Source of the DNA: a virus
Lineage: Duplodnaviria; Caudoviricetes
Virus record (IMG/VR): IMGVR_UViG_3300037070_006243
Location: 1 to 52,486 of that record
Strand: one strand, 5' to 3'
Length of the DNA stretch: 52,486 nucleotides
Shown here: positions 16,381 to 25,522 of the stretch, in pieces
Layout of the letters: every line of letters begins with the position of its first letter
Numbering within the stretch: the first letter of the stretch is position 1
The notes under the pieces: generated by a model
What the model was told of the DNA's origin: nothing
What the model saw: only the letters and a program-made list of their open reading frames with translations
Databases searched by the model: none
Translations under genes and position numbers: made by a program

Positions 16381-16561
16381 CACACCCATCGCCGACATCT
16401 ACAAGATGACCGCGGAAGAGCTAGCCGCGGACCCCACCCACCTCGACCTTCTCATCGCAGACCTCCGGCAGAAGCGGATTAACTTCAACACCGCAGCCAC
16501 CCCGGCGAAGTCGAGCACGAAGATCGCTCAACCGAAGCTTGATCTGAAGATTACGTTATGA
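16373..16561 (+). CDS. Hypothetical protein
   Basis: 62 aa, GGAG RBS, GTG start. Confidence 0.6.
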   Translation: MSDTPIADIYKMTAEELAADPTHLDLLIADLRQKRINFNTAATPAKSSTKIAQPKLDLKITL

Positions 16562-17427
16562 GCCGCTACGGAGAGATGTTCGACGCCTCCGGCGTTCAGA
16601 TGGTGTGGAACTCCCACTCCCTCATGGATGCATCGAAGTGCCTCTACTACTACAAACTATCCGTGATCGACAGCTGGCGCACTTCGGAGGCGAATGACAA
16701 CTTCATCTTCGGCGGAGTCCTCGCCGGATGCTTGGAACATTTCTACCTCCAGCGCAGCGCGGGGATGGATCGGGAAGACGCCATCCGCTCCTCTGTGCTT
16801 AAAGCCATGGTAGAAACCATCGGCTGGGAGTCGAAGCACCACATCAAAGACCGCGGAACGCTTATGCGTACCCTCGTTTGGTACTTCGACCATTGGCGGA
16901 ATGATTTCCCCGTCCTCGTCACGGACGAAGGTCCGGCGGTGGAGAAACTCTTTCGCATTTCCGTGGATAACGGGATCGAGTTCGTCGGCCTGATCGACCG
17001 CGTGATCGAGTACGTCCCCGGTAACTACTACCTCATGGACCAAAAGTCCACCGGGTCTACCCTTTCCTCCTACTTCTTCAACCGCTACAATCCGAACGAT
17101 CAAATCTTCTTCTATTCATGGGCCGGGCGCGCAATCTTTCCCGTCCCTATAGCGGGATTTATAATCGACGCAGCGCAGGTCGCGGTTGGTTTCTCTCGCT
17201 TCGACCGCCACGTCATCGAGTACACCGATGCGCAACTCGATGAATGGTATAATAGTGCCATGCACCATATCGAAGCGGCGCAGGAAGCGGTACGAGATAA
17301 CCACTTCCCCCAACGTTTTACCTCTTGTATGAACTACGGCGGGTGCGAGTTTCGGGAAATATGCAAACGAAGCCCGGAATTCCGCGGGAACTTCTTGAAG
17401 AAAGACTTTGTGCAGGTGAAAGAATAA
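16558..17427 (+). CDS. PD-(D/E)XK exonuclease (AddB/Cas4-like, probable Fe-S cysteines)
   Basis: E...GLIDRVI...LMDQKST...QIFFY; N-terminal Cys plus C-terminal CMNYGGCEFREIC. Confidence 0.85.
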   Translation: MSRYGEMFDASGVQMVWNSHSLMDASKCLYYYKLSVIDSWRTSEANDNFIFGGVLAGCLEHFYLQRSAGMDREDAIRSSVLKAMVETIGWESKHHIKDRGTLMRTLVWYFDHWRNDFPVLVTDEGPAVEKLFRISVDNGIEFVGLIDRVIEYVPGNYYLMDQKSTGSTLSSYFFNRYNPNDQIFFYSWAGRAIFPVPIAGFIIDAAQVAVGFSRFDRHVIEYTDAQLDEWYNSAMHHIEAAQEAVRDNHFPQRFTSCMNYGGCEFREICKRSPEFRGNFLKKDFVQVKE

Positions 17428-18278
17428 TGGGCACCCTCCGCCAAGCCGCCGCCGACTCCGTTCCTCTCGCGAAGCTTTTCGTAATCGGGGACACCAAGTC
17501 CGGCAAAACCACCCTTCTTCTCGACCTCATCCTCGGAGGTTACTTCGTCCATGTCGTTGACGTTGACTGTAAGATATATCCCTCCTACCTATATCAGCGG
17601 ATACTTGCGACTGGTAAACCCGAACTTCTTGACCGACTCGACTTCGTTCAATACCGGGACGAGTATATCATGGACCCGATCGAGGGATCGGTCCCAAAGC
17701 ATCCCGCCGTCGCGTTTGAGCGAGTCACCGCTATCACCACAAAATGGGAGGATGGAACTCGTCCGTGTGAGTGGGGGCCAAACCACGTCTTCGTCGTAGA
17801 TACGCTGAACAGGCTCTCCGACGCCGCCTTCGCAAAGAACTATCTCCTCATCAAAAACTCCAACAAAGACCACAAGGTAAACGACATGCGGCAGGTCTAC
17901 AAAGCCGCGCAAATGTCTATCGAGCGCTACATCGCAGGACTTTGGTCCGACAAGTTCAACACTAACGTTGTCATCCTCTCCCATATCAAGGACGTGGACC
18001 TGGAGTTCACCGTCACTCGCGACGGCCAGAAAGTCGCGACAAAAACCAAGGGTTTCCCCGCCACCGTTGGCAACGCCCTCTCCCAAACTATCGGCGGGTA
18101 CACTAACGATCTATTCCAGATCGAGATATCCGGCCACGGTCCTTCGGAGAAGCGCATGATCCGCACCCAACCAAACCCGCGGACGGAGGTCGGTTCCTCC
18201 CTCGTCGGCCTTCCCCCGCAAATCCCCTCCGAAGGAGGACTTCTCACCATATTCAAAAAACTCCGCGGCGAAGTATAG
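17427..18278 (+). CDS. AAA/RecA-like ATPase (AAA_24/Sak4-like recombinase)
   Basis: GDTKSGKT Walker A, FVVDTL Walker B, VVILSH; lies between nuclease and SSB-like gene. Confidence 0.8.
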   Translation: MGTLRQAAADSVPLAKLFVIGDTKSGKTTLLLDLILGGYFVHVVDVDCKIYPSYLYQRILATGKPELLDRLDFVQYRDEYIMDPIEGSVPKHPAVAFERVTAITTKWEDGTRPCEWGPNHVFVVDTLNRLSDAAFAKNYLLIKNSNKDHKVNDMRQVYKAAQMSIERYIAGLWSDKFNTNVVILSHIKDVDLEFTVTRDGQKVATKTKGFPATVGNALSQTIGGYTNDLFQIEISGHGPSEKRMIRTQPNPRTEVGSSLVGLPPQIPSEGGLLTIFKKLRGEV

Positions 18279-18318
18279 ATTAGGTCATTTGACCACACCA
18301 CAACCACAGGAAAGACTC

Positions 18319-18813
18319 ATGGACTTCAACACAATCGCCAATGTTTCCGTCTCCGAAGTCGAGCCGCCGAAGGAACTGCCCGCTGGAACCTACATCTGGT
18401 CCGTCGACCAGCTCCCCGAGCAGAAGGCAACCGCCAAGGGTAACGGTATCATGGTGAACTTTCGCCTGAAGCTCGTCGCCCCGGCGGACCCGTTCGAGAA
18501 CCCCGTTGGTCTCGAAGAGTACGGCAACCCGGTCGGCGAGGTTCGCACCGTCGGTTTCTACTACCCGGAGGTAAAGCCCGACGACATGACCGACGACGCC
18601 TTCGAGCGCAGGCAGAAGGGAGCCTACACCGACATCGTGGACTTCCTCACCTCGACCCTTCGCGTGGAGACTTCCGAGTCGTTGATGGAAATGCTCCAGG
18701 CGTCGCTCTACGCCCAGTGCCTCGGAACGATCAAGCACGTTCCGGCGCATAACAACCCGAAGAAGCTCGTCGCGGACCTCCGCGGCAGCGACTGCGCGCC
18801 TCTCGAGGCCTGA
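18319..18813 (+). CDS. Putative single-stranded DNA-binding protein (DUF669-like OB fold)
   Basis: EPPKELPAGTY... start and position after the Sak4-like ATPase. Confidence 0.55.
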   Translation: MDFNTIANVSVSEVEPPKELPAGTYIWSVDQLPEQKATAKGNGIMVNFRLKLVAPADPFENPVGLEEYGNPVGEVRTVGFYYPEVKPDDMTDDAFERRQKGAYTDIVDFLTSTLRVETSESLMEMLQASLYAQCLGTIKHVPAHNNPKKLVADLRGSDCAPLEA

Positions 18814-18820
18814 TCCACTT

Positions 18821-18851
18821 TAGGTGGCCCTGGAGGTTCTGGGGCCACCTA
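18821..18851 (+). terminator. Stem-loop after the SSB-like gene (terminator or processing site)
   Basis: TAGGTGGCCC/GGGCCACCTA 10-bp stem; no U-tract. Confidence 0.4.
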
Positions 18852-18881
18852 GCGGGGAACAGGGGTAAACCAAAAGGGACT

Positions 18882-19337
18882 ATGATGAAACTTCTTCTAT
18901 CCACCACCATCGCCTTTGCCATTGCCACCTCCGCCTTTGCCTACGATCAGGGAGACAGCAGGGCGGACGGATTTGACTCAAACACAAAAACCACTCGCGG
19001 ATACGACGGGGTTTCTAACTTCTACGGAGGTCGTGGTTGGGAACACCCCCAACGTCCCGGCCAGATGTGGGATAAGAGCAACAACCCCGTCCGTGTACGT
19101 AGCAGTGGAAAATGGCACCTCGCGTGGAATCCAGATACCGGGCGAGTTGCGTGGTTCCACGGCTTCGTCGACGAGGTAACATCGACCGAGTACCGCCGCC
19201 TCCTTCGCCTCGGTGAGCACCCCACCCACGGGCGGTTGAGGCAACTTAATAACGCTACAAGCGACTGGAATGCGGCCTACACCGTCAATTATGGATCGTT
19301 GCAGGACGCCACCAACGGTTGCGGTAACTGTCAGTGA
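18882..19337 (+). CDS. Secreted hypothetical protein
   Basis: Sec signal peptide MMKLLLSTTIAFAIATSAFA; 151 aa. Confidence 0.7.
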   Translation: MMKLLLSTTIAFAIATSAFAYDQGDSRADGFDSNTKTTRGYDGVSNFYGGRGWEHPQRPGQMWDKSNNPVRVRSSGKWHLAWNPDTGRVAWFHGFVDEVTSTEYRRLLRLGEHPTHGRLRQLNNATSDWNAAYTVNYGSLQDATNGCGNCQ

Positions 19338-19639
19338 AATCCAAGGGTATCTCCCTCGCCATCCGCTCCGCCAAAGGTACGCTAACCAAGGCGGAAATAG
19401 CGGCGGCGACGGGAGGTACCCTCCACGGCGTTAATATTGCAGCGGTTAGGTTACGGAAAAAGGGATTTGTTATTAACTTTAAACGGCCAGATTTTATCAT
19501 GGATCAAATACAGAGGCTCGCCGACGGCACACTCACGCAAAGAGAGATCGCGGAAACTGTTGGGACCTCCTACATCTACGTGCGCGTAGCGCTTCATCAT
19601 CTACGAAACAAGGGAGAGAAGGTTTATGTTAAATATTAG
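19334..19639 (+). CDS. Tandem helix-turn-helix DNA-binding protein
   Basis: Two internal repeats: LTKAEIAAATGGT...RLRKKG and LTQREIAETVGTS...HLRNKG. Confidence 0.75.
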   Translation: MKSKGISLAIRSAKGTLTKAEIAAATGGTLHGVNIAAVRLRKKGFVINFKRPDFIMDQIQRLADGTLTQREIAETVGTSYIYVRVALHHLRNKGEKVYVKY

Positions 19640-19648
19640 GAGGTTTAG

Positions 19649-19939
19649 ATGACCGACAGAGACGCCCTGATCGAGGCGGTAGCGCGGGCGATTTTCAATT
19701 CAATCTTTGAAGATGACGCTGGCGATTTCGACAGGGCCGAGACCGATTGGCAAGAACAGGCAAGGCGCGAAGCCAACGCCGCCCTCTCCGCCCTCGCTGC
19801 CCACGGGCCGACAGAGGCGATGGTGGAAGAAATGTACGATAACCTGCCGTTTGGCAACGCTGGGCGGCGCGAAATCCGCGAAGGTTTGGCCATCGCTCTC
19901 TCCACCCTCGCCCAGCCGGGAGGCTCCGATGACAAGTGA
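19649..19939 (+). CDS. Hypothetical phage protein
   Basis: 96 aa, AGGAGG RBS; LIEAVARAI...A.AAL...PTEAMVE pattern. Confidence 0.7.
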   Translation: MTDRDALIEAVARAIFNSIFEDDAGDFDRAETDWQEQARREANAALSALAAHGPTEAMVEEMYDNLPFGNAGRREIREGLAIALSTLAQPGGSDDK

Positions 19940-20540
19940 GGCACCAGAGCGCATCTTAGTGGACACGAACCACGAGGATTTCGGCGTGAGCGTTGCCTAC
20001 AGGCAAGCTGCGCCGCACTCCATCGAAGAGTTCGCGCTGACCGAATACATCCGCGCCGACCTATGCGGCCCATCCCCCGTAGCCGACGAGTGCTATTTCC
20101 AAGGCACGTTCCAGGTGAACGATCACTTCAAGCGCACAGCAGACGAGCCGCGAGAGGCTGCCGAGCATCCGCTCGAATGGGACTTACCCGTAGCCAAAGA
20201 GCAGGAGGCGGTGGAGGCGCTGCGAAAAGCTGATTGGGCGCTACAACCATTCTCCGACTGTGTGATCGACCCAAGCGGCTGTGAGCCTCAGGTGCTTGAG
20301 ACAAAGAGCGCCTTGAGCGACCAGCGGTTTTTCGATGCACGCAACGCTTACCGAGCAGTCCGCGCCGCCCTCCGCGCCCTCAACAGGGGACCGCGAGAGA
20401 CGGAGATCACCGACGAAATGGTGGAGCGGGCTAAGGTTGCGCTCAACGAGACTTGGCGCACGGCCCCGATCTACATGGACGCGACCGAGATTGCCCGAGC
20501 GGTCCTCAGCGCCGCCCTGTCCAAGGAGACGAAGCCATGA
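19929..20540 (+). CDS. Hypothetical phage protein (mosaic)
   Basis: 203 aa; APERI...TEYIRADL and ITDEMVERA segments typical of temperate-phage accessory genes. Confidence 0.65.
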   Translation: MTSEAPERILVDTNHEDFGVSVAYRQAAPHSIEEFALTEYIRADLCGPSPVADECYFQGTFQVNDHFKRTADEPREAAEHPLEWDLPVAKEQEAVEALRKADWALQPFSDCVIDPSGCEPQVLETKSALSDQRFFDARNAYRAVRAALRALNRGPRETEITDEMVERAKVALNETWRTAPIYMDATEIARAVLSAALSKETKP

Positions 20541-20929
20541 GCGCCCTTGTCGAACGCCTCCGTCAGCAATTGGAGATTGACTTCAAGTATGTCGATCTGA
20601 ACCTCTTCACGAAAGCTGCCGACCACATCACGACCGTCGAGGCCGAGCGCGACGAGGCGTTGAAGGAGGTCGAACGGTTGCGGGAAGACAGCGCCGAGAC
20701 ACTGGCGATGTTCCACGCGCGAGCTGAGTCAAACACCGGGGCGATCGCCGCCCTCACCGCCCGCCTCGAAGCAGCGGAGGCGGCACTTCGCCCGTTTGCG
20801 AATGAGGCGGACAACCTTCACGGCTACCGAGACAACCAAAACAACGGAGAACTGATCTTTCACATCTGCGTCGGTGACTTCCGCCGTGCCCGCGCCGCCC
20901 TCACCCAGCCTGCCACGCCAACGGAGTAG
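20537..20929 (+). CDS. Hypothetical coiled-coil phage protein
   Basis: 130 aa; LVERLR...KAADHI...ALRPFA...VGDFRRARAAL. Confidence 0.7.
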   Translation: MSALVERLRQQLEIDFKYVDLNLFTKAADHITTVEAERDEALKEVERLREDSAETLAMFHARAESNTGAIAALTARLEAAEAALRPFANEADNLHGYRDNQNNGELIFHICVGDFRRARAALTQPATPTE

Positions 20930-20935
20930 AACCCC

Positions 20936-21316
20936 ATGCGCTTTCAGGATTTCAGCACCGCAAACCGCCGCCGCTGCGAGGCCGCAGTCGGCTTCAATCA
21001 CCCGCTCGCCAGATGGTCAACGTCCGACTGGTTCACCGCCGTCGTGGGAGAACTCGGCGAGGCTGCCAACATCGCGAAGAAGCTGAACCGTGTGCGCGAC
21101 GGCATCCCCGGCAACGATCAGACGCCAGACGAGTTGCGGGCCGCCCTCGCCGACGAGATCGCCGACACGTTCATCTATCTGGACTTGCTGGCGCAGTCGG
21201 AAGGCATCGACCTCGCGGCTGCGATTGTCGCGAAGTTCGACCGCACGTCGGCGAAGATCGGCTATCCCATGGCCCTCACCCCGCCTGCCACGGAGACGCC
21301 GGATGCCCAGCGGTAA
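20936..21316 (+). CDS. MazG-like nucleotide pyrophosphohydrolase
   Basis: GELGEAANIAKK...LADEIADTFIYLDLLA...IVAKF (all-alpha NTP-PPase ExxE...ExxD). Confidence 0.85.
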   Translation: MRFQDFSTANRRRCEAAVGFNHPLARWSTSDWFTAVVGELGEAANIAKKLNRVRDGIPGNDQTPDELRAALADEIADTFIYLDLLAQSEGIDLAAAIVAKFDRTSAKIGYPMALTPPATETPDAQR

Positions 21317-22523
21317 ATTCACATCCTACCCCATCGACTCAATAACCATCCTCCGCGACGACCGACAGCGACGTGACCTCGAAGACGTCTCCGACCTAAC
21401 CACCTCCATCACCCGCATCGGCCTCGTAAACCCGATCGTAATCACCCCGGAGGGTGTACTCGTCGCCGGAGAGCGCCGTCTGACCGCCTGCCGCCTGCTC
21501 GGTTGGACCGCCATCCCAGCGCAGTACACCACCGACCTCGACGAGATCGAGCTCGAACTGATCGAACTCGAAGAGAACCTCCGCCGGAAAGACATATCCT
21601 GGCAGGAACAATGCACCGCGATCCGCCGTATGCACGATCGCCTCATTCAAAAGAACGGCAATGACTGGACGCAGGCACAAACAGCCGAGTACCTCGGACA
21701 TACAGAAGCATTGGTTCAACGCTACCTCTTCGTTGAAAAAGAGCTTTCCGCGGGAAACACTCTTGTCGCCTCTGCTTCTGGGATCGTCACGGCAACGAAT
21801 ATGGTCCGGCGAAAAGAAAGCCGCGCCGTTGCGGAGCTTATCCGAAATATTAACCCACCGCAACATGAAGGCCCGCCTATACTCAACCTCGACTTTTATC
21901 AATGGCTGGAGTCATATGAAGGACGGCCGTTTAATTTTCTACACTGTGACCCTCCGTATGGAATAAAGATGCAATCAGCGGCTGGGATGAATAAAGCTAA
22001 CCGGGAGCGGTACGCGGACAACCCCGAGGACTTCTTCAACTTCGTCCGCGCCATCCCGCGCATCCCGATTGAAGACTCCTGCCATATGATGCTTTGGTTT
22101 TCCATGACGTTCTATCCGTGGACGAAATTGGAGCTACATAACCAGGGGTGGATTGTGTCGCCGTTTCCACTCGTCTGGGGCAAGTCAGACAACCTCGGCA
22201 TAATGCCCGACCCCGACCATGAAGGGAGACGTAACTATGAAACCGCGTTCCTCTGTACTAAAGGTCAGCGTAAACTTGCGCAACCAGTCTCTAACATTTT
22301 CTGGGGAGCGCGTGGAGATGATCTTCACCCTTCCGTCAAACCTCGAGATATGCTTCGACATTTCCTCCGAATGTTTGTCGATTCTACAACCTCAATGCTC
22401 GACCCCACATGCGGATCGGGTAATGCTGTCCGAGTCAGCAAAGATATGGGTGCTTCCTTAGTCCTCGGACTTGAGCGCGATCCCGTCTTCCACCGCGACG
22501 CCGTGACATATTGGAGTGAATGA
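21303..22523 (+). CDS. ParB/Srx N-terminal domain + HTH fused to beta-class N6-A/N4-C DNA methyltransferase
   Basis: GLVNPIVI...VAGERRLTA...EENLRR; WTQAQTAEYLG; DPPY (motif IV) precedes LDPTCGSG (motif I). Confidence 0.88.
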   Translation: MPSGKFTSYPIDSITILRDDRQRRDLEDVSDLTTSITRIGLVNPIVITPEGVLVAGERRLTACRLLGWTAIPAQYTTDLDEIELELIELEENLRRKDISWQEQCTAIRRMHDRLIQKNGNDWTQAQTAEYLGHTEALVQRYLFVEKELSAGNTLVASASGIVTATNMVRRKESRAVAELIRNINPPQHEGPPILNLDFYQWLESYEGRPFNFLHCDPPYGIKMQSAAGMNKANRERYADNPEDFFNFVRAIPRIPIEDSCHMMLWFSMTFYPWTKLELHNQGWIVSPFPLVWGKSDNLGIMPDPDHEGRRNYETAFLCTKGQRKLAQPVSNIFWGARGDDLHPSVKPRDMLRHFLRMFVDSTTSMLDPTCGSGNAVRVSKDMGASLVLGLERDPVFHRDAVTYWSE

Positions 22524-22681
22524 TGGAAAAGCGCAAACCGATCTACGAAGAGGGTGAATGGTATCGCCGCGCCCGGGAACATGCGGAGCGAATGGCGGAA
22601 AAGGATGGGAAAATCCTCGTAGAGTTCGAGTGTGAGGTAGGAAAATCCCCACATGTCTACATTCTGAAGGACAAAGAATGA
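22523..22681 (+). CDS. Hypothetical protein (52 aa, not in ORF track)
   Basis: GGAG RBS, fills the gap with coupled start/stop. Confidence 0.5.
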   Translation: MEKRKPIYEEGEWYRRAREHAERMAEKDGKILVEFECEVGKSPHVYILKDKE

Positions 22682-23064
22682 AGAAACTTCTAATACTACT
22701 TCTCGCTTCCACTCCCGCCACCGCTCACGAAGCGCCGAAGGGGTGGCTTTACGAGGGTTCATGCTGTGCCGGCGACGACTGCCAACAGGTCGATTCCTCC
22801 GTAATGCACATTGTCCCCGGCGGTATCGCCCTCGTTATGAAAGCCGGAGACCACAAAAAGCTCGAGTCTGATATAACCTTCGACGCCACCCGTGTTCTTA
22901 AGCGGAGTAAGGATGAGTTCCTCCACGTGTGTTTGATTAAAATGGCCACCCCCAAACAGTGGCAGCCAACTCCCGACCAAGATCGAGACTACGTTTACAT
23001 GAAAGCGGCGGATGGTAGTTGGTACCGCCTCCTCTGCGTCTACATCCCGAAGGAGAATGGTTAA
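22678..23064 (+). CDS. Secreted Cys-rich hypothetical protein
   Basis: Signal peptide MKKLLILLLASTPATA then HEAPKGWLYEGSCCAGDDC...SKDEFLHVC...LLCVYIP. Confidence 0.75.
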   Translation: MKKLLILLLASTPATAHEAPKGWLYEGSCCAGDDCQQVDSSVMHIVPGGIALVMKAGDHKKLESDITFDATRVLKRSKDEFLHVCLIKMATPKQWQPTPDQDRDYVYMKAADGSWYRLLCVYIPKENG

Positions 23065-23795
23065 TGGCTCTCGCTGCAAAAATTTGGAACGGTAACAGTC
23101 TTGCCAACATCATCTTCGGCACGCGCCACACGGGCAGCTACGAGGTGCTCGACGGCAAGGGAGGGAACGACCAGCTATACGGCGGCGGCGGTCCTGACTT
23201 CATCCTCGGCGGCACCGGGAACGATGTGCTCGACGGAGGTAACAATTTCGGAACCTCCACCACATTCCCCGGCAACACCTACATCCCCAACGTCGGCCGA
23301 GGGTTTAACGACACATATGCAGATCGCCTCTACGGTGGTCCCGGCAACGATGTTCTTCACGGCGGGCCGAGGAGTTACATGAACGGCGATGGCGTAGCCG
23401 ATGGTAATCCGCCTTTACAGATAGATCGAGGTGACGACTTTTTTGTCTTCCACGACGCCGGAGGGCAGGATTGGTTAAAACTTGGCGCCGGATATTCCCA
23501 CGTTTCGCAATTTGATTGGAGTGCAAAGCATCGGGATAAGATTAAAATGGTTGGCGGTGAAGATGCCTACGACGTGGTAAAAGTTTCAGCGCACCTAACT
23601 TCACAAGACAAAGACGGCAAAGGTGGTGTTTATCACCTAGATGATTTCTGGATAAGAGGAGATCACGGCGAGCGCGTGCGAATAACTCCAGAAAACAATG
23701 GGCACGGAACGGATGTTTATTTCCACAACAACAGTGGGACAACAGCCGAGGCGTTGACGGATATACAAACATTGACTGATCCTTGGTTTATATGA
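23064..23795 (+). CDS. RTX/hemolysin-type calcium-binding repeat protein
   Basis: Nonapeptide repeats LDGKGGNDQLYGGGGPDFILGGTGNDVLDGG and DRLYGGPGNDVLHGG; 243 aa from ATG overlapping the upstream TAA. Confidence 0.85.
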   Translation: MALAAKIWNGNSLANIIFGTRHTGSYEVLDGKGGNDQLYGGGGPDFILGGTGNDVLDGGNNFGTSTTFPGNTYIPNVGRGFNDTYADRLYGGPGNDVLHGGPRSYMNGDGVADGNPPLQIDRGDDFFVFHDAGGQDWLKLGAGYSHVSQFDWSAKHRDKIKMVGGEDAYDVVKVSAHLTSQDKDGKGGVYHLDDFWIRGDHGERVRITPENNGHGTDVYFHNNSGTTAEALTDIQTLTDPWFI

Positions 23796-24247
23796 GGTGC
23801 CCTATGTTGCAATCTTCCTCCTCGTTCTATTCATCATCCTCAAACTCCTCAACCTCGTCCCGTAGTATACTAACCTCCGACGACATCATCTACATCCGCC
23901 GACTTATTCGTGAGGGGGTAAGTCATCGTCAAATAACTTCCCTTGTTCGAGTTGGTATGAGTAGGATTAAAAAAATCGCAATCGGCCAACTCTACCCCGA
24001 CCTTCCCGAGGTAATCCCCCTCCACGAATACGAACGGATTATGAAATTCAACAAAGGTATCCACGGCCGTTCTCACCGTTGTTATGCTCCATGGAAAACT
24101 CTTCCGCCAAAACTTCGTGAAGAATTTATCCGGTTAACAACCAGGAGCAGCAACAACCGCTACACCCATAACGAGGCGTATCGGAAGATCGGCCGAGCGG
24201 ACCTTATCAAATTGAGGATGGATCGGTGGAGTCGGAATGGTGATTGA
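23783..24247 (+). CDS. HTH-containing protein (true start uncertain, probably near 23867)
   Basis: LTSDDIIYIRRLIREGVSHRQITSLVRVGMSRIKKI resembles the HTH found after phage HNH domains; no HNH motif present. Confidence 0.5.
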   Translation: MVYMRCPMLQSSSSFYSSSSNSSTSSRSILTSDDIIYIRRLIREGVSHRQITSLVRVGMSRIKKIAIGQLYPDLPEVIPLHEYERIMKFNKGIHGRSHRCYAPWKTLPPKLREEFIRLTTRSSNNRYTHNEAYRKIGRADLIKLRMDRWSRNGD

Positions 24248-24312
24248 CTTCTCTTTCCGCGGCGGGTATCATACACATTCCTGCATGATGCACCAATACA
24301 CATGGTCCCACA

Positions 24313-24444
24313 ATGGCTAAAAAACCACTCGGCCCGCTCGCAAGATATGCATTCGGATACTCCGACAAGAAACCGGGATGGATGTATTGGGCAATCCATA
24401 TCGGAATGATAATCTTCCTTCTATACCGGTGCGTGCATGTATAG
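24313..24444 (+). CDS. Small membrane protein (43 aa)
   Basis: MAKKPLG...WMYWAIHIGMIIFLLYRCVHV. Confidence 0.4.
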   Translation: MAKKPLGPLARYAFGYSDKKPGWMYWAIHIGMIIFLLYRCVHV

Positions 24445-25522
24445 ACCCATCCTCCTCGTCGGGGAAGCCTACGGCGAGGAAGAGGACCGGCGGAAAACCG
24501 CATTCGTCGGACCGTCCGGCCGTTTCTTAAACTGGCTTCTTTCCGACGCCGGGATCGAGGGCGGGCGGTACATGGAGGACAACCGTGGAAAATACATCGA
24601 CTGGTCCGCTTCCCACGAGGTCTACCCTACCAACTGTTTCAACCTCCGCCCCCGACCGACTAATAATATCTCTAATCTCTGCGGACCACGGAGCGAAGGA
24701 ATCGTGGGTCTACCGGCGCTGGAACCGGGACTTTACCTCCGGCGAGAATATCAGGTGGAGCTTGACCGGCTCTGGGCCGAAATCGAGCGCATTGACCCCA
24801 ACATCATTATCGCGTTGGGAAACACCGCACTACTCATCCTTACGGGTTCGAAGCTCCCCATCACAAAAAACCGTGGAAGTCTCACCACTACTTCCCGCGC
24901 GCGTGCGGATGGCACTCCGTGGAAGGTACTTCCGACCTTCCACCCGGCAAACGTTATTCGCGAGCGCAGCCAGCGTCCCATCGTAATCGCAGATTTGATG
25001 AAGGCGAAACGCCATGCCGCTATCCCCAAATTCACTCGTCCCTCTCGCAATATCTGGGTTGAACCGACACTTGAAGACCTTACTCGATTCGAACTCCTAC
25101 ACATACGCGATTTCGAAGAACCCTGCGCAGTCGATATCGAAACCGCTCGGGGGACAATCACCGAGATCGGTTTCGCTCCAAGTCGAGATGAGGCCCTTGT
25201 GGTCCCCTTCTACTCTCGAACCCACAAGGATGGTAATTACTGGCGTACTTCAGGAGAAGAGAGAACTGCGTGGCTTTGGGTCGCTCGTATACTCCGAAAT
25301 CTACGAAAACCGATTTTCCACAACGGTCTCTATGACATCTACTACCTATGGCGAGCAATGCAGCTGCCGGTCCCATTTGGTGGAGAGGATACGATGCTTC
25401 TTCACCACTCTCTTCAGCCGGAAATGAAGAAGGCGCTGGGGTTCTTGGCCACGATCTACACCGAGGAACCAAGCTGGAAGTTCATGCGGAAAGAAGTAGA
25501 CACAACGAAGACGGAGGATTGA
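24437..25522 (+). CDS. Uracil-DNA glycosylase (family 4-like) fused to the N-terminal part of a PolA 3'-5' exonuclease
   Basis: LVGEAYGEEED...FVGPSG...IIALGNTA...TFHPA (UDG); AVDIET (ExoI); FHNGLYD (ExoII); DTMLLHH; no ExoIII. Confidence 0.88.
   Translation: MYRPILLVGEAYGEEEDRRKTAFVGPSGRFLNWLLSDAGIEGGRYMEDNRGKYIDWSASHEVYPTNCFNLRPRPTNNISNLCGPRSEGIVGLPALEPGLYLRREYQVELDRLWAEIERIDPNIIIALGNTALLILTGSKLPITKNRGSLTTTSRARADGTPWKVLPTFHPANVIRERSQRPIVIADLMKAKRHAAIPKFTRPSRNIWVEPTLEDLTRFELLHIRDFEEPCAVDIETARGTITEIGFAPSRDEALVVPFYSRTHKDGNYWRTSGEERTAWLWVARILRNLRKPIFHNGLYDIYYLWRAMQLPVPFGGEDTMLLHHSLQPEMKKALGFLATIYTEEPSWKFMRKEVDTTKTED

Noticed and set aside
16558-17427. CRISPR-Cas (Cas4-like nuclease)
   Set aside because: No repeat-spacer array or other cas genes; context is a phage recombination module
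21303-21700. Plasmid partition system
   Set aside because: The ParB domain is fused to a methyltransferase and no ParA is present
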